Positions 27,746 to 41,143 of a DNA stretch of 64,000 nucleotides are shown here, piece by piece. The notes beneath the pieces are model-generated. The model was given only the letters and a program-made list of their open reading frames with translations, was not told the DNA's origin and did no database searches. A program made the translations under genes and the position numbers. The stretch spans positions 22,502,723 through 22,566,722 of the forward strand of contig NC_068991.1 of assembly GCF_001194135.2 (NCBI RefSeq), in the 5' to 3' direction. The stretch comes from Octopus bimaculoides (Eukaryota). Each line of letters starts with the position of its first letter. The first letter of the stretch is position 1.

Positions 27746-28646
27746 TGTACGTAACTAAAGTAGTTGAGGGAAGTGAAATCTTAGAATTTACCTTGTATGG
27801 ATAAAACTTGATTCTTTTCCTCTTTGTTACTATATCTAGCCTGGTGACACTAATTAGAAAGGAGCAAAACGAAAGAGCCTCTATGTGGTCACTCAGTTAC
27901 CTAGAAATAGTAGCCAAATCTCCTTCAGTCATAGCTTAAAATCTCAAAGAAAATATACATCATATTATGTAGTCCTGCAAAACATTAAAAAGATTGGATG
28001 GTCATAGCTGGAATGCCCTTGGTCATAGATTTGCTCAGTCAGATTGACTTGGTTCAAAGCATTTTCAATGGTGGAAGCAACAAGGGAATATCTGTACAAC
28101 TTTCGTTGTATGCCTCTGTGTGTGTGTATTCATGCATGTTGTCAGAAATACTTGAGAAAGTGAAGTAGTGTTCTGACCTCCTAGTTCTTGTTTAGGGCAA
28201 CCAGAATCTGAATGATCCTCAGGTTTTACATCAAAATATCCTTTTCTTAGATGTTCTAACAAATGTTGAACCCCACCCCCCATAGAGAGGAAGGTGGAGG
28301 GGACAGGGAATTGGTTCTGTCTGAAAAGCAAATGTAGTTCTGTGCATGCTTTATTCACTGTAATCAGTTTCATTCACAGAACCTTCTTGAGGCCTCAAAC
28401 AGATAACTAGCGAACTTCCACCATGTATGTATATGTATGTAGGCATGTGCTTGTATGCATATGTGTGCCTGTGTATATACATGCATATTGTATGTATCTA
28501 TATTTGCTTCTGCAGTCAAAACTTGTAAACAGATTTGCATAGAATATTCAAATATGATTTTCAAAAGAAAAATATCAAATTAAAGGAAGATCTCATAAGT
28601 TGTTTATTATTTTCATTAACACCTTTTCTCTTGCTTTCTTCTACAG

Positions 28647-28734
28647 ACTCTGCAGTTTGACACTAACTAGACTGGTTGTCCAGAAACCATTGGAAAATGA
28701 TCTCACCTCTATAATCATTGCTGTCAAAATGCAG
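28647..28734 (+). CDS. PACS: PACS-family coding exon (88 bp; N-terminal furin/cargo-binding region), (R)LCSLTLTRLVVQKPLENDLTSIIIAVKMQ
   Basis: Pyrimidine tract plus ctacag acceptor (AG 28645-28646) and CAG|gtaaga donor. The phase-2 start translates to a recognisable match to the PACS1/PACS2 RL(C/F)SLTL..L...SV.IAVK(L/M)Q segment. Confidence 0.93.
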
Positions 28735-31314
28735 GTAAGAGATTCTTATTTATTACGCTTTGGATTGAGTCAATGAGGGAGCCTTGACAACAGACCTATT
28801 AGACATAGCAGCTAAGATCTCCCTCAGATCATATGCTACTGTCTTAAAGTTAAAAACAGAGGATCATGGTGGGAATGTCTTTGGCCATATGTTTGCTTAA
28901 TGTGAACTGACCTAGAGCTAAATAGTAGCTTTAGTTGATTGTAAAATGGTGCCGGCTGTCTGTTATTTTGAAGTAAATTGTTCATTTTGAAATCTCCATT
29001 GTTGTGAATTCTGATCATACTGAGAAACTGTATGGCAGTGCAAGGGTTTGATGTCAATCCGGGAACTGATGTGTTCACTGCAACTTGACTGTGTAGTGAC
29101 TGTATGCACATGTGAAGATTGTGTCATGTTTTAGGTATGTGAACCTTACAGATATAGAACATATGACCATGTGGGAACTGTACATGGTTGCCCAGTCTAT
29201 TAGAAATAGCAGCAAAATCTTGTTCAAATCAAAAGGCAAGACTTATTGGGTAATGTAGTTTTTGATGCACTGTTCTGTAAAAATAAGACTGGATAAGTTT
29301 GAATGCCTTTGATTCAAATAGGGTTAAACAATAACAACTGTCTGACAGTACATTAAAGTATATCAAAGGTACAGACATGTGAGGATTGTATAGTGACTGT
29401 GCAGACATGTAAGGATTATATGGGGCAATGTAACTGTGCTGAAGAGATATGATGGTTCTATAGAGATGTGACATAGTGGAGCTACATGACAACAGGTGTA
29501 TATGGAAATATAGCAAATGTCTTGAGATATAAGTGGACAGACTATAGCAATAAGTGGACCTGTACTGCAGTACAGAAATTGTTTTGCAATAGGTGGACTG
29601 TACAGAGATGAGGGTGAGTGCATGGCAACTTGTAAACTGTATGAAGAAAGAGACTTATGGTTAACATGTGAACTGCATTGAGATGTAGAAGAGCAGTGGC
29701 CATTCTGCCTTTTTAATTTCAAGATGTATCTAGGACACCATTATTCAGCATATTATTTTTCATTTTTTTTTTTTCTCTAGGGAAGTTATGGATCTTGTAA
29801 TGTGGTAATTGCATGTGGAGGAGTTTGTCATAAGAAATAAGGGGATGGGTGAGAAATTTAGTGATTATATACTGATGTAGAATGTAAAGTAAAAGGGATG
29901 AGTGTATTACATATAGGATATAGCAATGCAGCGTAGTGATTTAGTGTGCGTGTGTGTAGCAGAATGAGTGTACGGAGGTGTAGAATGTATAACAGTGCAG
30001 TGAGGTATATAGCAATGTAATAAGTGTATAAGATGTAGAAAATATAATAGTAATATACTGAATGTATATAGTGCTGTAGTGAGTGTGTAGAGCAATGAGG
30101 TGAATGTATAGCAATATGGTGAGTATACTGTAGTGAGTACTATCATTGTTGTTTTTAATGTCCCTTTTTCCATAAGCACTGAGGTTGGATGGAGTTTATT
30201 AAGGCCACTTTTTTAACAGCCAGATGCTCTTCCTATTATCAACCCTTACTTGTTTCCAAGCAAGGTAACATTTCTTCAGTTGAAGGGCATGAAATTGTTG
30301 CATGATTAATGGACCCATGGAGCATGGCAGCTGCTGCTGTAGCTTGTACATCACTCTGTGTGTGTAAACCTGCAGAACTTCTGAAGTTTGCAATTGATTT
30401 TCTCCAAACTGGGAACATACATTACTTAAGTTCCAGAGATGGTTTTAGACTCTTAAAATTTTTTCACATAATGAGTAATGGGGCCCCTAGCCAGTTCCTG
30501 TAGTACCATAGGAACAATTTGTTGGAATAAAAACTGTTTGAAACACACTGTTTATTATGAAATATATGCTAACATATGTTAAATTCTGAGCAACTATTCA
30601 ACTATTTTTTTACCTTCGGTATCAGTCTTCCTTCTAAGCATAAACAAAGCCTCTTCAGCTATTGATTACACACCAAAATATTGCATGTACATTAGCCTAC
30701 TAATTTATGGTGTCAAAGGCCCAACCATGTTATAGATCATGTCCTTAATGTGACCTTGTGTGCCCAGATGCTGCATGCAGAATTGTTTTTGTTTGGGAGC
30801 TGAGTTATTCTCAATGGTCACTGTTTATGTGAAGGAGTGCACAGTTAAGCCACGACTATTAATCTCCAACCACATCAGCAACCCAACTATTGATTCCAAA
30901 CTGAAATATTACTTGACAGTGTTGTTTTCAACAATCCACCCCAACTTACCACGTCATTCCTTTCATGTAGATTTCTCTCATGTAGTGCTGTTGAGTGCAC
31001 CCACAGGCTTAATTTATCACATAGATGTAGTTCCTATGTCTGCTGATTGTTCAGCGTGGTAGTGGCAGCGCCAACAGCTGCAAAGGAGAGTATATCCACT
31101 GAGAGCTTTTTGGTGTGTTCAAAAATCACATACCCCCATCCACTTTTCCATGACAAGGTTAGGGCCTGGAATCTTCCAAACAGATACCTGACATGTCACT
31201 TAGTCGAATTAGCCCTTCATTTTCTCCGCAAATGTTTTGTCATCAATGCTGCACTTTCCCGTATCGCATGTTTCAATTCAACTGTACCATATATACAAAC
31301 TGTGCCATTTAAAT

Positions 31315-31343
31315 TTTGAGTAACACCGGGTATGTCTGCTAGT
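31315..31343 (+). mobile_element. possible Helitron-type 3' terminus (decayed GC hairpin then CTAG|T)
   Basis: ttgagtaacaccgggtatgtctgCTAG|t. The hairpin is degenerate and the 5' end was not identified. Confidence 0.35.
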
Positions 31344-31831
31344 ATATATATAAAATGTAAAACACTGTCATTAACTGGAGATGTGGTTTTATTCAAAGGG
31401 TTTTAAAACCCAGTATTTACATACTATTATAACTACATCTGCTTTGAGATCTTCCATCCCCTTGAATGCCCTTTCTAATGCCAACCACTCCACAGAGTGA
31501 ATTGAGTGTTTTTTATGTGGCACCATCACCTGTACTTTTTGCATGGCCCCTGTACCCACACCAACACTTTTTACGTGGCACCTTGGTTTTAAGATTTCAA
31601 TTCTCTTATGGTGGGCAATATGTATGTAGATAAGTAGGTATGGTGATGCAGACAGGAAAAATAGAACTCAAAATATGAGTATGTATAGTTTTGTTAATAT
31701 TTAGCAGAAGCAACAGTGTGACTCAAGAGCCAAGAGTTTTGTGCATTGGCACTTATCAAGCTGGATGTCCCTACAAAGATAAGTGCCAACACACAAAACT
31801 CTCAGCCCTTGAGTCAATCTGTTGCATATGC

Positions 31832-31864
<33 letters not shown>

Positions 31865-34182
31865 CTGAGAGAGAGAATAGTGCAGTAAGTTTATAACAAT
31901 GTGGTGTGTATATTGCAGTGCACAGATGTGGAATGTGTTGCAGTGCAGCGAGTGTATAGCAGTGTAATATAAGATGTGGAATATATAATAGCTATGTATT
32001 GACTATGTAAAGATGTGAAATATGCAGTGGATGTTATATAGTATTGTTGTGAATGTATAACAATGTGTTGACAGGGCAGAGGTTTAGAAAATAAAGTAGT
32101 CACTGTGGAGAGATGTTGAATATTAGTGTGATGTGTGCACATGTGCATGTATGTGAGAATATTGTGGTAAGTGATTTGGTGTAGAATTTATGGTAGTGAT
32201 GTAGTGACTGTGCAGAGATGTGGAAGAATATATGTCAAGTGGACTGCATGGAGCTGTAAGATGTACCTGGCAACAATTCTACTTAGGTTGATGGCAGTAT
32301 GTATACTCTGTGCATGAGGAGAGAGAGAGATTATCAGTTACAAGTGAACATAAAAGTGTAATACTGAAATATGGGGGATTTTGATACCATTGAAAACATT
32401 GGATCTGTGTTGTTCCAACAGCTGGCACCAACGATCTTATTTAGTTATCCTCCACCCTGTCCTTCTATCTTTCTCTCTGGCTAATCACCTATTCTGTTCC
32501 ATTTCTCCTCTTTTCAGTCTGTGTCTCATCTCTCCTTTATCCATTCATCTTTTCACATTCTCTCCCTCTGTATCTTCTCCTTGCTCTACCTTTCCCTTCA
32601 TTAATCTTCCCACTGTTCTTCCCCTTTCACCAAGCATCTCTCCCATCCTCCTCCTTCTCTTCCCCATCTTCATCCTCGTTCACTCACATCATTAATATTC
32701 TTCCAAAAGAAAGACTGACTTACAACAAGATATCAGGCTATGCCATTGATATTTGCCTTAGGCCAGGACAGCTATCTGTTGTCATTATTCCAACAATAAC
32801 AGACATTCTGTCCCAGATGTATCTCATAAAAATACAACGTCAAATGATTTGATTATTTTAATATCAACACACTAAATACATGGAGTTGATGGCCAACAGG
32901 GATTTACAGAGATGGGAAGCGGGGAATTAGGGGGAGAGATTTTGTTGTTGCTGTTTAGTCCTAGGTTAACTCCGGTCAAACAGAAGATGTTCTAGCCATG
33001 ACCATCATGTCATTTCTTTCTTTAACAGATATAGTGTGTCTATTTCTACATAGAAACTCTTGTATTAATTAGACATTTTGCTGTATAACCTCATAGATGG
33101 AAAGCTTTTACTCATAGATTTCAAGCAGAACAGATATGGCCATCCTACCTTTTTTCAAGTATTGTAGCTAGGACTGTACTATTCAATGTCCTTTTTTTTT
33201 TGTTTTTTGAGATATTATTATTTGAGGGAGATAGGCTTCTATTACTAGCAGGTTGACTGACCACAGTGTTTTCTTTTCTATCTCCCTTACTCAGTTTTTT
33301 TTCCCTCTTTCTATCTTCCCTTTCATTACCAGTCTTCATTATTCCTCATCTCTCTTTTTTCTTTGTTTTTGATATCACATTCTTTGCTTGTCTGCCCCTC
33401 TCTCTCTCTCTCTTCCTTTTGTTCTTTTTTCTCTCTCTTTTATTCACTCTCTTCTTTTTGTCTCTTTCTCTTCCTCCTTCCGTCTCTCTCTCTCCCTCTC
33501 ATTTCCCTTTTGTGCTTCCTGCCTTTTCTTGTTATTGACTTTTGTTGACTCTCTCTGTCCCCATCACTTCTATCTCTTTTCTCTGTCTTTCTTAAACTTC
33601 TCCCCATTTTTACTTTACTCCTGTCTCTCTTTAACCCACACCCCTCTTCCGTTTTTTTGACAGAACCAATAATTTATCAGTGTAATCTTTGGAAATATTC
33701 CAGCAGATCAATAATTTGTCCTTGATGATTGGTTTTTATTTTTGTACTGTCGCTCTCTAACAATCATCTTGTTTCCTAACGTTGCATTTCTTTTTATCTT
33801 TCTATATTTAAATACCACTGGCACACATGCTTGCACACATACATTCACAGGTCTTATCCAGTTATACATATGTATGCACAGATATGCTTCTATTCTACAT
33901 CAGTTTTTATGCATACAACATTGTGTCCCAACAACTGTTTCCATCAATTCCTCCAAACACTTGGATTTCTACACTATTGCATCTAACTACCCTAGCTCTT
34001 ATTCCTCTCTGCCTCTTTCTTCTCCAGCTCTGTCCCAACTACCAGAAAATAAATAACAATATTTACTTAGATTTTACTCCTTTGGGGGACTGTTATTTAG
34101 TTTGAAGACAACCTTGTTTGAGCAGACTTATGATCAAAAGCATTCTGTTTTCTGGGTGGTTTTCTAGATATTGAATCTAATG

Positions 34183-34500
34183 CATCATTGTCATTTAACA
34201 TCCGCTTTCCATGCTAGCATGGGTTGGACAATTTGACTGAGGACTGGCTCCAATCTGATTTGGCAGTTTCTACAGCTGGATGCCCTTCCTAACGCCAACC
34301 ACTCCGAGAGTGTAGTGGGTGCTTTTACGTGCCACCCGCACGAAGGCCAGTCAGGCGGTACTGGCAATGGCCACGCTCAAAATGGTGTATTTTATGTGCC
34401 ACCCGCACAAGAGCCAGTCCAGGGGCACTGGCAACGATCTCGCTCGAAAGTCCTTACACATGCCGCGGGCACAAGTGCCAGAAAGGCGATGCTGGGCATT
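34183..34500 (-). mobile_element. RTE-clade LINE 3' UTR fragment with internal tandem units
   Basis: Near-identical to 59993-60193. On the - strand it ends ..ccatgctagcatggaaagcggatgttaaatga, with repeated gccagt..ggcactggcaacgat units. Confidence 0.8.
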
Positions 34501-36782
34501 CCTCTTTTTTTGTTTTTGTAAAAAGATGGTTGTGAAGCAAGGAGATTTGGGTACTATTTCTAGCAGATAAGTGATCACGTAAAGGTTCTCTTGTTGGTTC
34601 TAATGGGTAGATGGCTAGTGTTTTGATGCATTTTCAATGTAACCAAGACTTTGGAAAGCTTTCTGTTAAAAAGAAGTAATAAAGCTGTAATTTTATATAT
34701 TGATACATTATTGTGTTGATGTTGACCAACTGAAATATCATGATGTCATTCAGATTTGATTGAAGTTTTAATTTAAATATGAAGGCTTTGATGTGAGGAG
34801 TAATTATTTAATACCAACTTGCCCAAGCCCATCAACATTAAAGTATAAGCATAGTTTGTGTATTGTTGTTTTGTCTTGAAACTGGCCTGATTGAGAAGAC
34901 ATATGGTCAAAGCAGTCTGTGTTCATCCCATCCCAACAAATATAGTATCTCTAAGATTTTTTATCTGATATGTCCTCTTTTTTCTTCCTTTTCTCTTTTC
35001 TCTTTTTGTAAGACAATAGTATAATATGAGGGAAATTCAACTGCTATTTCTTGCAGGTTGCGCGTTCATGTAAAGGCTCTCTCTTTATCTTGCACACTAC
35101 CTGTCATGTTGCTACTGCTGCTGTTGTTATTGGAGATTTGACTGCTACATCAGCAAGCCAAGCAATCACCAAGACAACTCATTTGGCATTATTTATTAAA
35201 AATACACTGATTGTTGACGAAGAACATTGATATACTAATGTATGCTCAGTCTTCAGTGAATACAAAATGAAGAATAAATAGCAGTTGACACAGAAGCTGT
35301 GTGTATCCATTTATCTGACAGTTTGCAGAAACATAACTTTTTTTTTAAACGCTTTAATGAAAGGAAGGACAGGGACAAAAATTCAATCCGGATCTCTGAG
35401 AAGGATGAAGAAGGATCAAATCACAGCTGGTTTGTTACTAACCACTGCATTGATCCTTATAAGAAACTCAACTGAACGTCAGTAGTTGCAAATAGGGCAG
35501 CCTCTCAAAATGTTTGATACAGGGTCACACTTCTGTCATGTCTGGTAATGGATCTCCGCTTGAAATGCACTTCTGTCCCATTTGACAAAAAAATGTGGTT
35601 GGAAGCGGTACAACATTGATTTAATCTCAGAATGTATTATCATGAATGCGTCTATGAGCCAATCAGTGGTCTTAAATTGGGAAACAAAACAGACCTGTTT
35701 TGTTTTCTAATTAGTGTTATAGCAAGTTGCACTATGGGGAGCGGGGAATTGGCTGGTCAGTGCTGGAGCACCAGGCTGCTTAATCAGCCCTGACCTAGAG
35801 TTTAACAACAACAACAAAGAAATAGTGAAAATCAGAAATGATCTTAGCATTTGAGGAATGCATTAAATTTTTTTTTAATCACAGTCTTCCCTAACTCTGC
35901 AACTATATGTGTAACTACTCTGAATACAGATAAATACATCAATAAAATACAAATGAACCTATACATTGTCATTTTGCATACTGGAAATAGTAGCCAAATA
36001 CTCTCTAAATCATACTACTTTCTTAAAAGGAGACATGCAGTGTTGTAGTTTTGGATGCACCCTGCCTAAGAAAATAGACATCATCTAGAGCATTACTACA
36101 ATATTGATTTAAGTTCATTGTCTCCATCTAATTCACCCAGACACACAAATGTTATGTATATGCCTGAACTACAAATGCATTATTTTCCTCTTCAGAACCA
36201 AAGGTTTGCTGTCTATCTCTAAACAATCTCAAAAGAATCTTATCTATTCTATATAAACAGAATTCACTTTGCTCGTTCAACTCTCTTGTAATCACCATTT
36301 TCAACCTTCAGGTGCACTAAAAGTAAACAAATTGATTGTGAACAGCCACAAATTGTTACCAGTGCATCACATATGAAACATACTTAGCTTGCTACATTGT
36401 GCTCTGCACCACATACCCTTGTTGCTCAATTGCACCTCATAAAATCTAGACAGAAGAATGTTGTCTAAGTGGCTGATCTTTTCATTTCTACCTTTCAATT
36501 CTGAATATAATTAGAGAGGCCAAATTTAATCATTTAATTCTAGACAGACTTCCTTACAAAGTTAACTGGTTGAGTTGGTTGATACTTTTCAGTTGTACTG
36601 TCTTCTTTATAGTTTGGCAAGAAGCAACTCCCAGTTTTAGGTGGCAAACCATCAACTCCTGTTAGAAAAGCTTGCGGGTAATTATCAATATATTTGACAG
36701 GTATGTCAGATAAACAAATCCAAATACCCAATCTTTGTCAATATAAACAGACTTGCTGCTGATGATATAATAATAATTTCAA

Positions 36783-38262
36783 ATTTTAGCACAAGGCCAG
36801 CAATTTCATGGCAGGGGGTGAGTCAATTAATTTGCCAGGGTTTAACTAGTGCTCAATTTATTGACCTTGAAAGGTAAAGTTGACTATGGTGGAATTTGAA
36901 CTCGGAATGTAAAGACGGATGAAATGCTGCTATGTATTTTGCTTGGCATGATAACGATTCTAATAATAATAATAATAATAATCCTTTCTACTAAAGGCAC
37001 AAGGCCTGAAATTTTGGAGGAGGGAGTGTCGATTGCATCGACCCCCAGTGCTCAACTCATATTTTATTAACCATTGAAAGGATTAAAGCCGACCTTGGCA
37101 GAATTTGAACTCAAAATGTAAAAACAGAGGAAATGCTGCTAAGCATTTGACCCAGTGTGCTAATGATTCTACCAGCTCGCTACAATAGTAATAATTGTTT
37201 TCTAACATAGACACAAGGCCATAAGTTTGAGAGTTGAGATGGCTAGTTGATTATATCAATCATACTACTTGACTGGCACTTATTTTATCAACCCTGGAAA
37301 GAGGAAAGGCAAACTTGACCTCAGCAGCATTTGAACTCAGAATGTAAAGCACCAAAACAAATACTTCAAGGCATTTTGTCCAGCACTCTAACAATTCTTT
37401 TCAATGTAACAGTCACTCTAACAATTGTAATATTCTTTTCTTTATTAACCACTAAGGGTTCACGCATAAAAGGTAAGAAACATTAAAAAACAGGGGTTTA
37501 CAGAACATGAGATTAGACTGAGTTGTATAAAAACAGGAAAAAGTTAAGGTTATACAAAGAATAGGTTAAAATTTGGACAAAAGATATAGAATAAGTTAGC
37601 TAAAAATGCGTAATAGTTTCTAATATTGCTTTCAAGTTTCGGCACAATTCCAGCAATTTCAGTGGAGGGATAGGTCAATTAGATTGACTCCAGTTCTTAA
37701 CTGGTACTTATTTTATTGACCTGAAAAGGTGAAAGGCAAAGTCAACCTTGGTGGAATTTGAACTCAGCAGTATTTTCTCTGTCTTTACGTTCTAAGTATT
37801 TTGGCCAGCATGCTAACAATTCTGCCAGCTTTCTGCCTTTGATAGTTTCTGATATTGGCACAGGGTTTGAAATTTTGGAGGACATAGTTAGTTGATTAAA
37901 ATGCAACATTACATGAGTAGTGCTTTATTTTATCAACTATGGGTTGGATTTGAACTCATAACATAATGAACATTAAGTAAATACTGGAAAGTATTTTTGT
38001 CTAACGTTCTTATGAGCCTGCTAGTTCACTGCCTCTAATGAAAATTTGTTCCTAATATGGGAACAAGGGCACACATTTAATGAGTGGTAGTGGAGAGGTT
38101 AGCTGATTAAATGGATCCCAGTATTTGACTGGCGCTTTTATTGACCCCTGAAAGGATGAAAGCCAAAGTTGATCATAGGATTTAAACTGGGAATGTAAAG
38201 AGTCATCACAAATATTGAAAACTATTTTGTCTGATGCTCTAACAGTTTTGCCAACCTGCCAC
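36783..38262 (+). repeat. head-to-tail array of six diverged ~200-bp (TAA)n-flanked elements
   Basis: Units at ~36783, 36983, 37198, 37640, 37848 and 38045, each with cacaagg..tattttatt(g/a)ac..aaagg..gaatttgaactc..aaatgctg/aaatactg..gcattt. Confidence 0.8.
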
Positions 38263-38369
38263 TAATGATTTCTTTTGCCACCACAGCAACTAATAAGGGA
38301 GACAATGAAAAGGAAGATATAGTGTTGGCATTTATGTAGAATGAAATGATTTTCAAAAAAACATATACT

Positions 38370-38518
38370 AGCCACATGGTTCTGGTTTCAGTCCCACTGT
38401 GTGCACCTTGGGCAAGTGTCTTCTACTATAGCCTCAGGCCAACCAAAGCCTTGTGAGTGGATTTGGTAGGTGGAAACTGAGGAATTCTGTTGTTTATATA
38501 TATATATATATGTATGTA

Positions 38519-38567
<49 letters not shown>

Positions 38568-38780
38568 ATATGTTTGTGTGTCTGTGTTTGTCTCTCCACC
38601 ATCGCTTGACAACCGACGTTGGTGTGTTTACGTTCTTGTAACCTAGCAGTTCAGCAAAAGAGATCGATAGAATAAGTACTAGGCTTACAAAGAATAAGTC
38701 CTTGGTTCAATTTCTTTGACTAAAGGCAGTGCTCCAGCATAGCCACAGTCAAAAGACTGAAACAAATAAAAGAATAAAAG
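38370..38780 (+). mobile_element. family A CORE-like SINE with internal (TA)(TG)n
   Basis: ccacatggttctggtttcagtcccactgtgtgcaccttgggcaagtgtcttctactatagcc...gctccagcatagccacagtcaaaagactgaaac. Confidence 0.85.
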
Positions 38781-39007
38781 AATGGTATACAGTAAGAACA
38801 AAAGTAATGAATGCAAGCATACATTGTATACAGTATTAAAAAAGTAATGAAGTACAGTATTCTTAAATGTATAGTAAACTAACAATGTCAAAGTGATGTG
38901 TACGTGTGTGTGTGTTGTGTAAACTATTTGAGCCATAATATAAAATTAAATTGTAAAAAATAGAAAACAACTCAAGGTTCTCAATGTATTTTGCTTTTTG
39001 TTTTCAG

Positions 39008-39097
39008 GGATCAAAACGAGTGCTTCGATCAAATGAAATCCTTGTTCCTCCGTGTGGTTTACTGGAATGTGAACTTGATTTGTCTTTCTCATTACAG
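39008..39097 (+). CDS. PACS: PACS-family coding exon (90 bp), [30 protein letters not shown]
   Basis: ttttgttttcag acceptor and CAG|gtaagt donor, phase 0/0, joins in frame to the 28647-28734 exon. Matches the conserved PACS GSKR.LRSNEI.LP..GL.ETEL.LTFSLQ segment. Confidence 0.95.
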
Positions 39098-39796
39098 GTA
39101 AGTCTTGCACTTATGAATCTCACTTTAACCTTCCTGTACAATTTAGACATATTGTAATTCGGCCATCAGCTCTGTAGTAAGACTGTTAAAACCAACTTAA
39201 GAAGTATTTTAATGGCCACTAACCAGCCTCTCTGACATACTGCATATAATGATTTGAAAAAAAAAAAAAAAAAAAACCAAAACAACAAAACATTTGTGTT
39301 CTAATGGTTCAGTAATGATTAAATTTAGTAATGTACTAATATTCTTAGTTATGTGTTGTAAATAAGTAAAAGTTCAGTCATAAATAGAAAATCATGCTAA
39401 ATAGGCTTGTGAGGTCTGGCTAACTCTTTTGGATGGATAGATGTACAACCTATCCAACAGTAAAATATTGCAAATATATTGATGGTGGGGTATGTATGTA
39501 TGTATGTATGTATGGCACATACGTATGACACATAGAGGTGTGTGTGTGCATCAGCTAATCTTTCTGGTACTTTATCAAAAGGACCACCACCAACTTTGTG
39601 TAGTTCTCTTTCAGTCCTTCTGTAAGCAACAATGACATCATAAGCCACTGACCCTTGTAGATAAAAAGCTTCACCTCCACTGCCCTCTTTGCATCTGACT
39701 CCACACAGCACAAGTTTGACCAGTGTACTCTAAATCTATCCCTTTCCACTTCACCAAGCTCTCCACCTTGCTTCTACAGACATTAAGTGCAAAACT

Positions 39797-40648
39797 ACAT
39801 CNNNNNNNNNNNNNNNNNNNNNNNNNNNNNNNNNNNNNNNNNNNNNNNNNNNNNNNNNNNNNNNNNNNNNNNNNNNNNNNNNNNNNNNNNNNNNNNNNNN
39901 NNNNNNNNNNNNNNNNNNNNNNNNNNNNNNNNNNNNNNNNNNNNNNNNNNNNNNNNNNNNNNNNNNNNNNNNNNNNNNNNNNNNNNNNNNNNNNNNNNNN
40001 NNNNNNNNNNNNNNNNNNNNNNNNNNNNNNNNNNNNNNNNNNNNNNNNNNNNNNNNNNNNNNNNNNNNNNNNNNNNNNNNNNNNNNNNNNNNNNNNNNNN
40101 NNNNNNNNNNNNNNNNNNNNNNNNNNNNNNNNNNNNNNNNNNNNNNNNNNNNNNNNNNNNNNNNNNNNNNNNNNNNNNNNNNNNNNNNNNNNNNNNNNNN
40201 NNNNNNNNNNNNNNNNNNNNNNNNNNNNNNNNNNNNNNNNNNNNNNNNNNNNNNNNNNNNNNNNNNNNNNNNNNNNNNNNNNNNNNNNNNNNNNNNNNNN
40301 NNNNNNNNNNNNNNNNNNNNNNNNNNNNNNNNNNNNNNNNNNNNNNNNNNNNNNNNNNNNNNNNNNNNNNNNNNNNNNNNNNNNNNNNNNNNNNNNNNNN
40401 NNNACGAAAACGGCCACGCTCGAAATGGTGTCTTTTATGTGCCACCCGCACAAGCCAGTCCAGGGGCACTGGCAACGATCTCGCTCGAAAATCCTACAGG
40501 AGCCAGTCAGGCGGTACTGGCAACGGCCACGCTCAAAATGGTGCATCTCATGTGCCACCCGCACAAGAACCAGTCCAGGGGCACTGGCAACGATCTTACT
40601 TGGCTTGCCGGGTCTTCTCACGCACAGCCCATTTTCTATAGGGGTTGG
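39797..40648 (-). mobile_element. RTE-clade LINE 3' end (ORF C-terminus WAVREKTRQAK* plus tandem 3' UTR) spanning gap 39802-40403
   Basis: Reverse complement of 40600-40645 reads tgg gct gtg cgt gag aag acc cgg caa gcc aag taa, followed by the same tandem units as at 34183-34500. Confidence 0.75.
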
Positions 40649-41101
40649 AAGCATAATTCAGCGTTTCCTTCTCAAAGAAAGACAAACCCTCTCACTCAGC
40701 CAACTAACATGCTATTGCTTTCACAAGTAATATTTGCAAGATAATGGAAACAACCGTTAACATTGTTCTCCAAAACATTGAATTTAAATCTCTCCCCTCC
40801 CACCAGTGACCATCATTATGGCTTTCTTTTCCAGAGCCGGATCCACTGGTGATGTTACTTCTCTCATGTCACTTACTAATGGGCCATGTATTTAGAGAAG
40901 TTCAATGAAAATGTTTGTTGCTCTAGATAGCTAGAATATGAATCTCCCAGAAAAAGTTCCTGTCCTCAGGCTCCACCCATCTTTCATCTCTTGAAACTGG
41001 CTTTTATCTCAGATTATACCAGCTGTGGCACATATAACCCCATCCACCTCAATTCTCAATCAACTTTGGTGATCTGATGATTGTTTGACCAACACTCAAA
41101 C

Positions 41102-41143
<42 letters not shown>

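Noticed and set aside
29380-32260. Degenerate GATGTG/TATAG-rich blocks (29380-29640, 29920-30130, 31900-32260; also 740-1000)
   Set aside because: They look like old decayed minisatellites with no defined unit or coding signal.
39397-39801. Protein-like ORFs next to the gap, possibly a degraded retroelement coding relic continuing at 40650-41100
   Set aside because: Multiple stops in every frame and no motif I could firmly assign.
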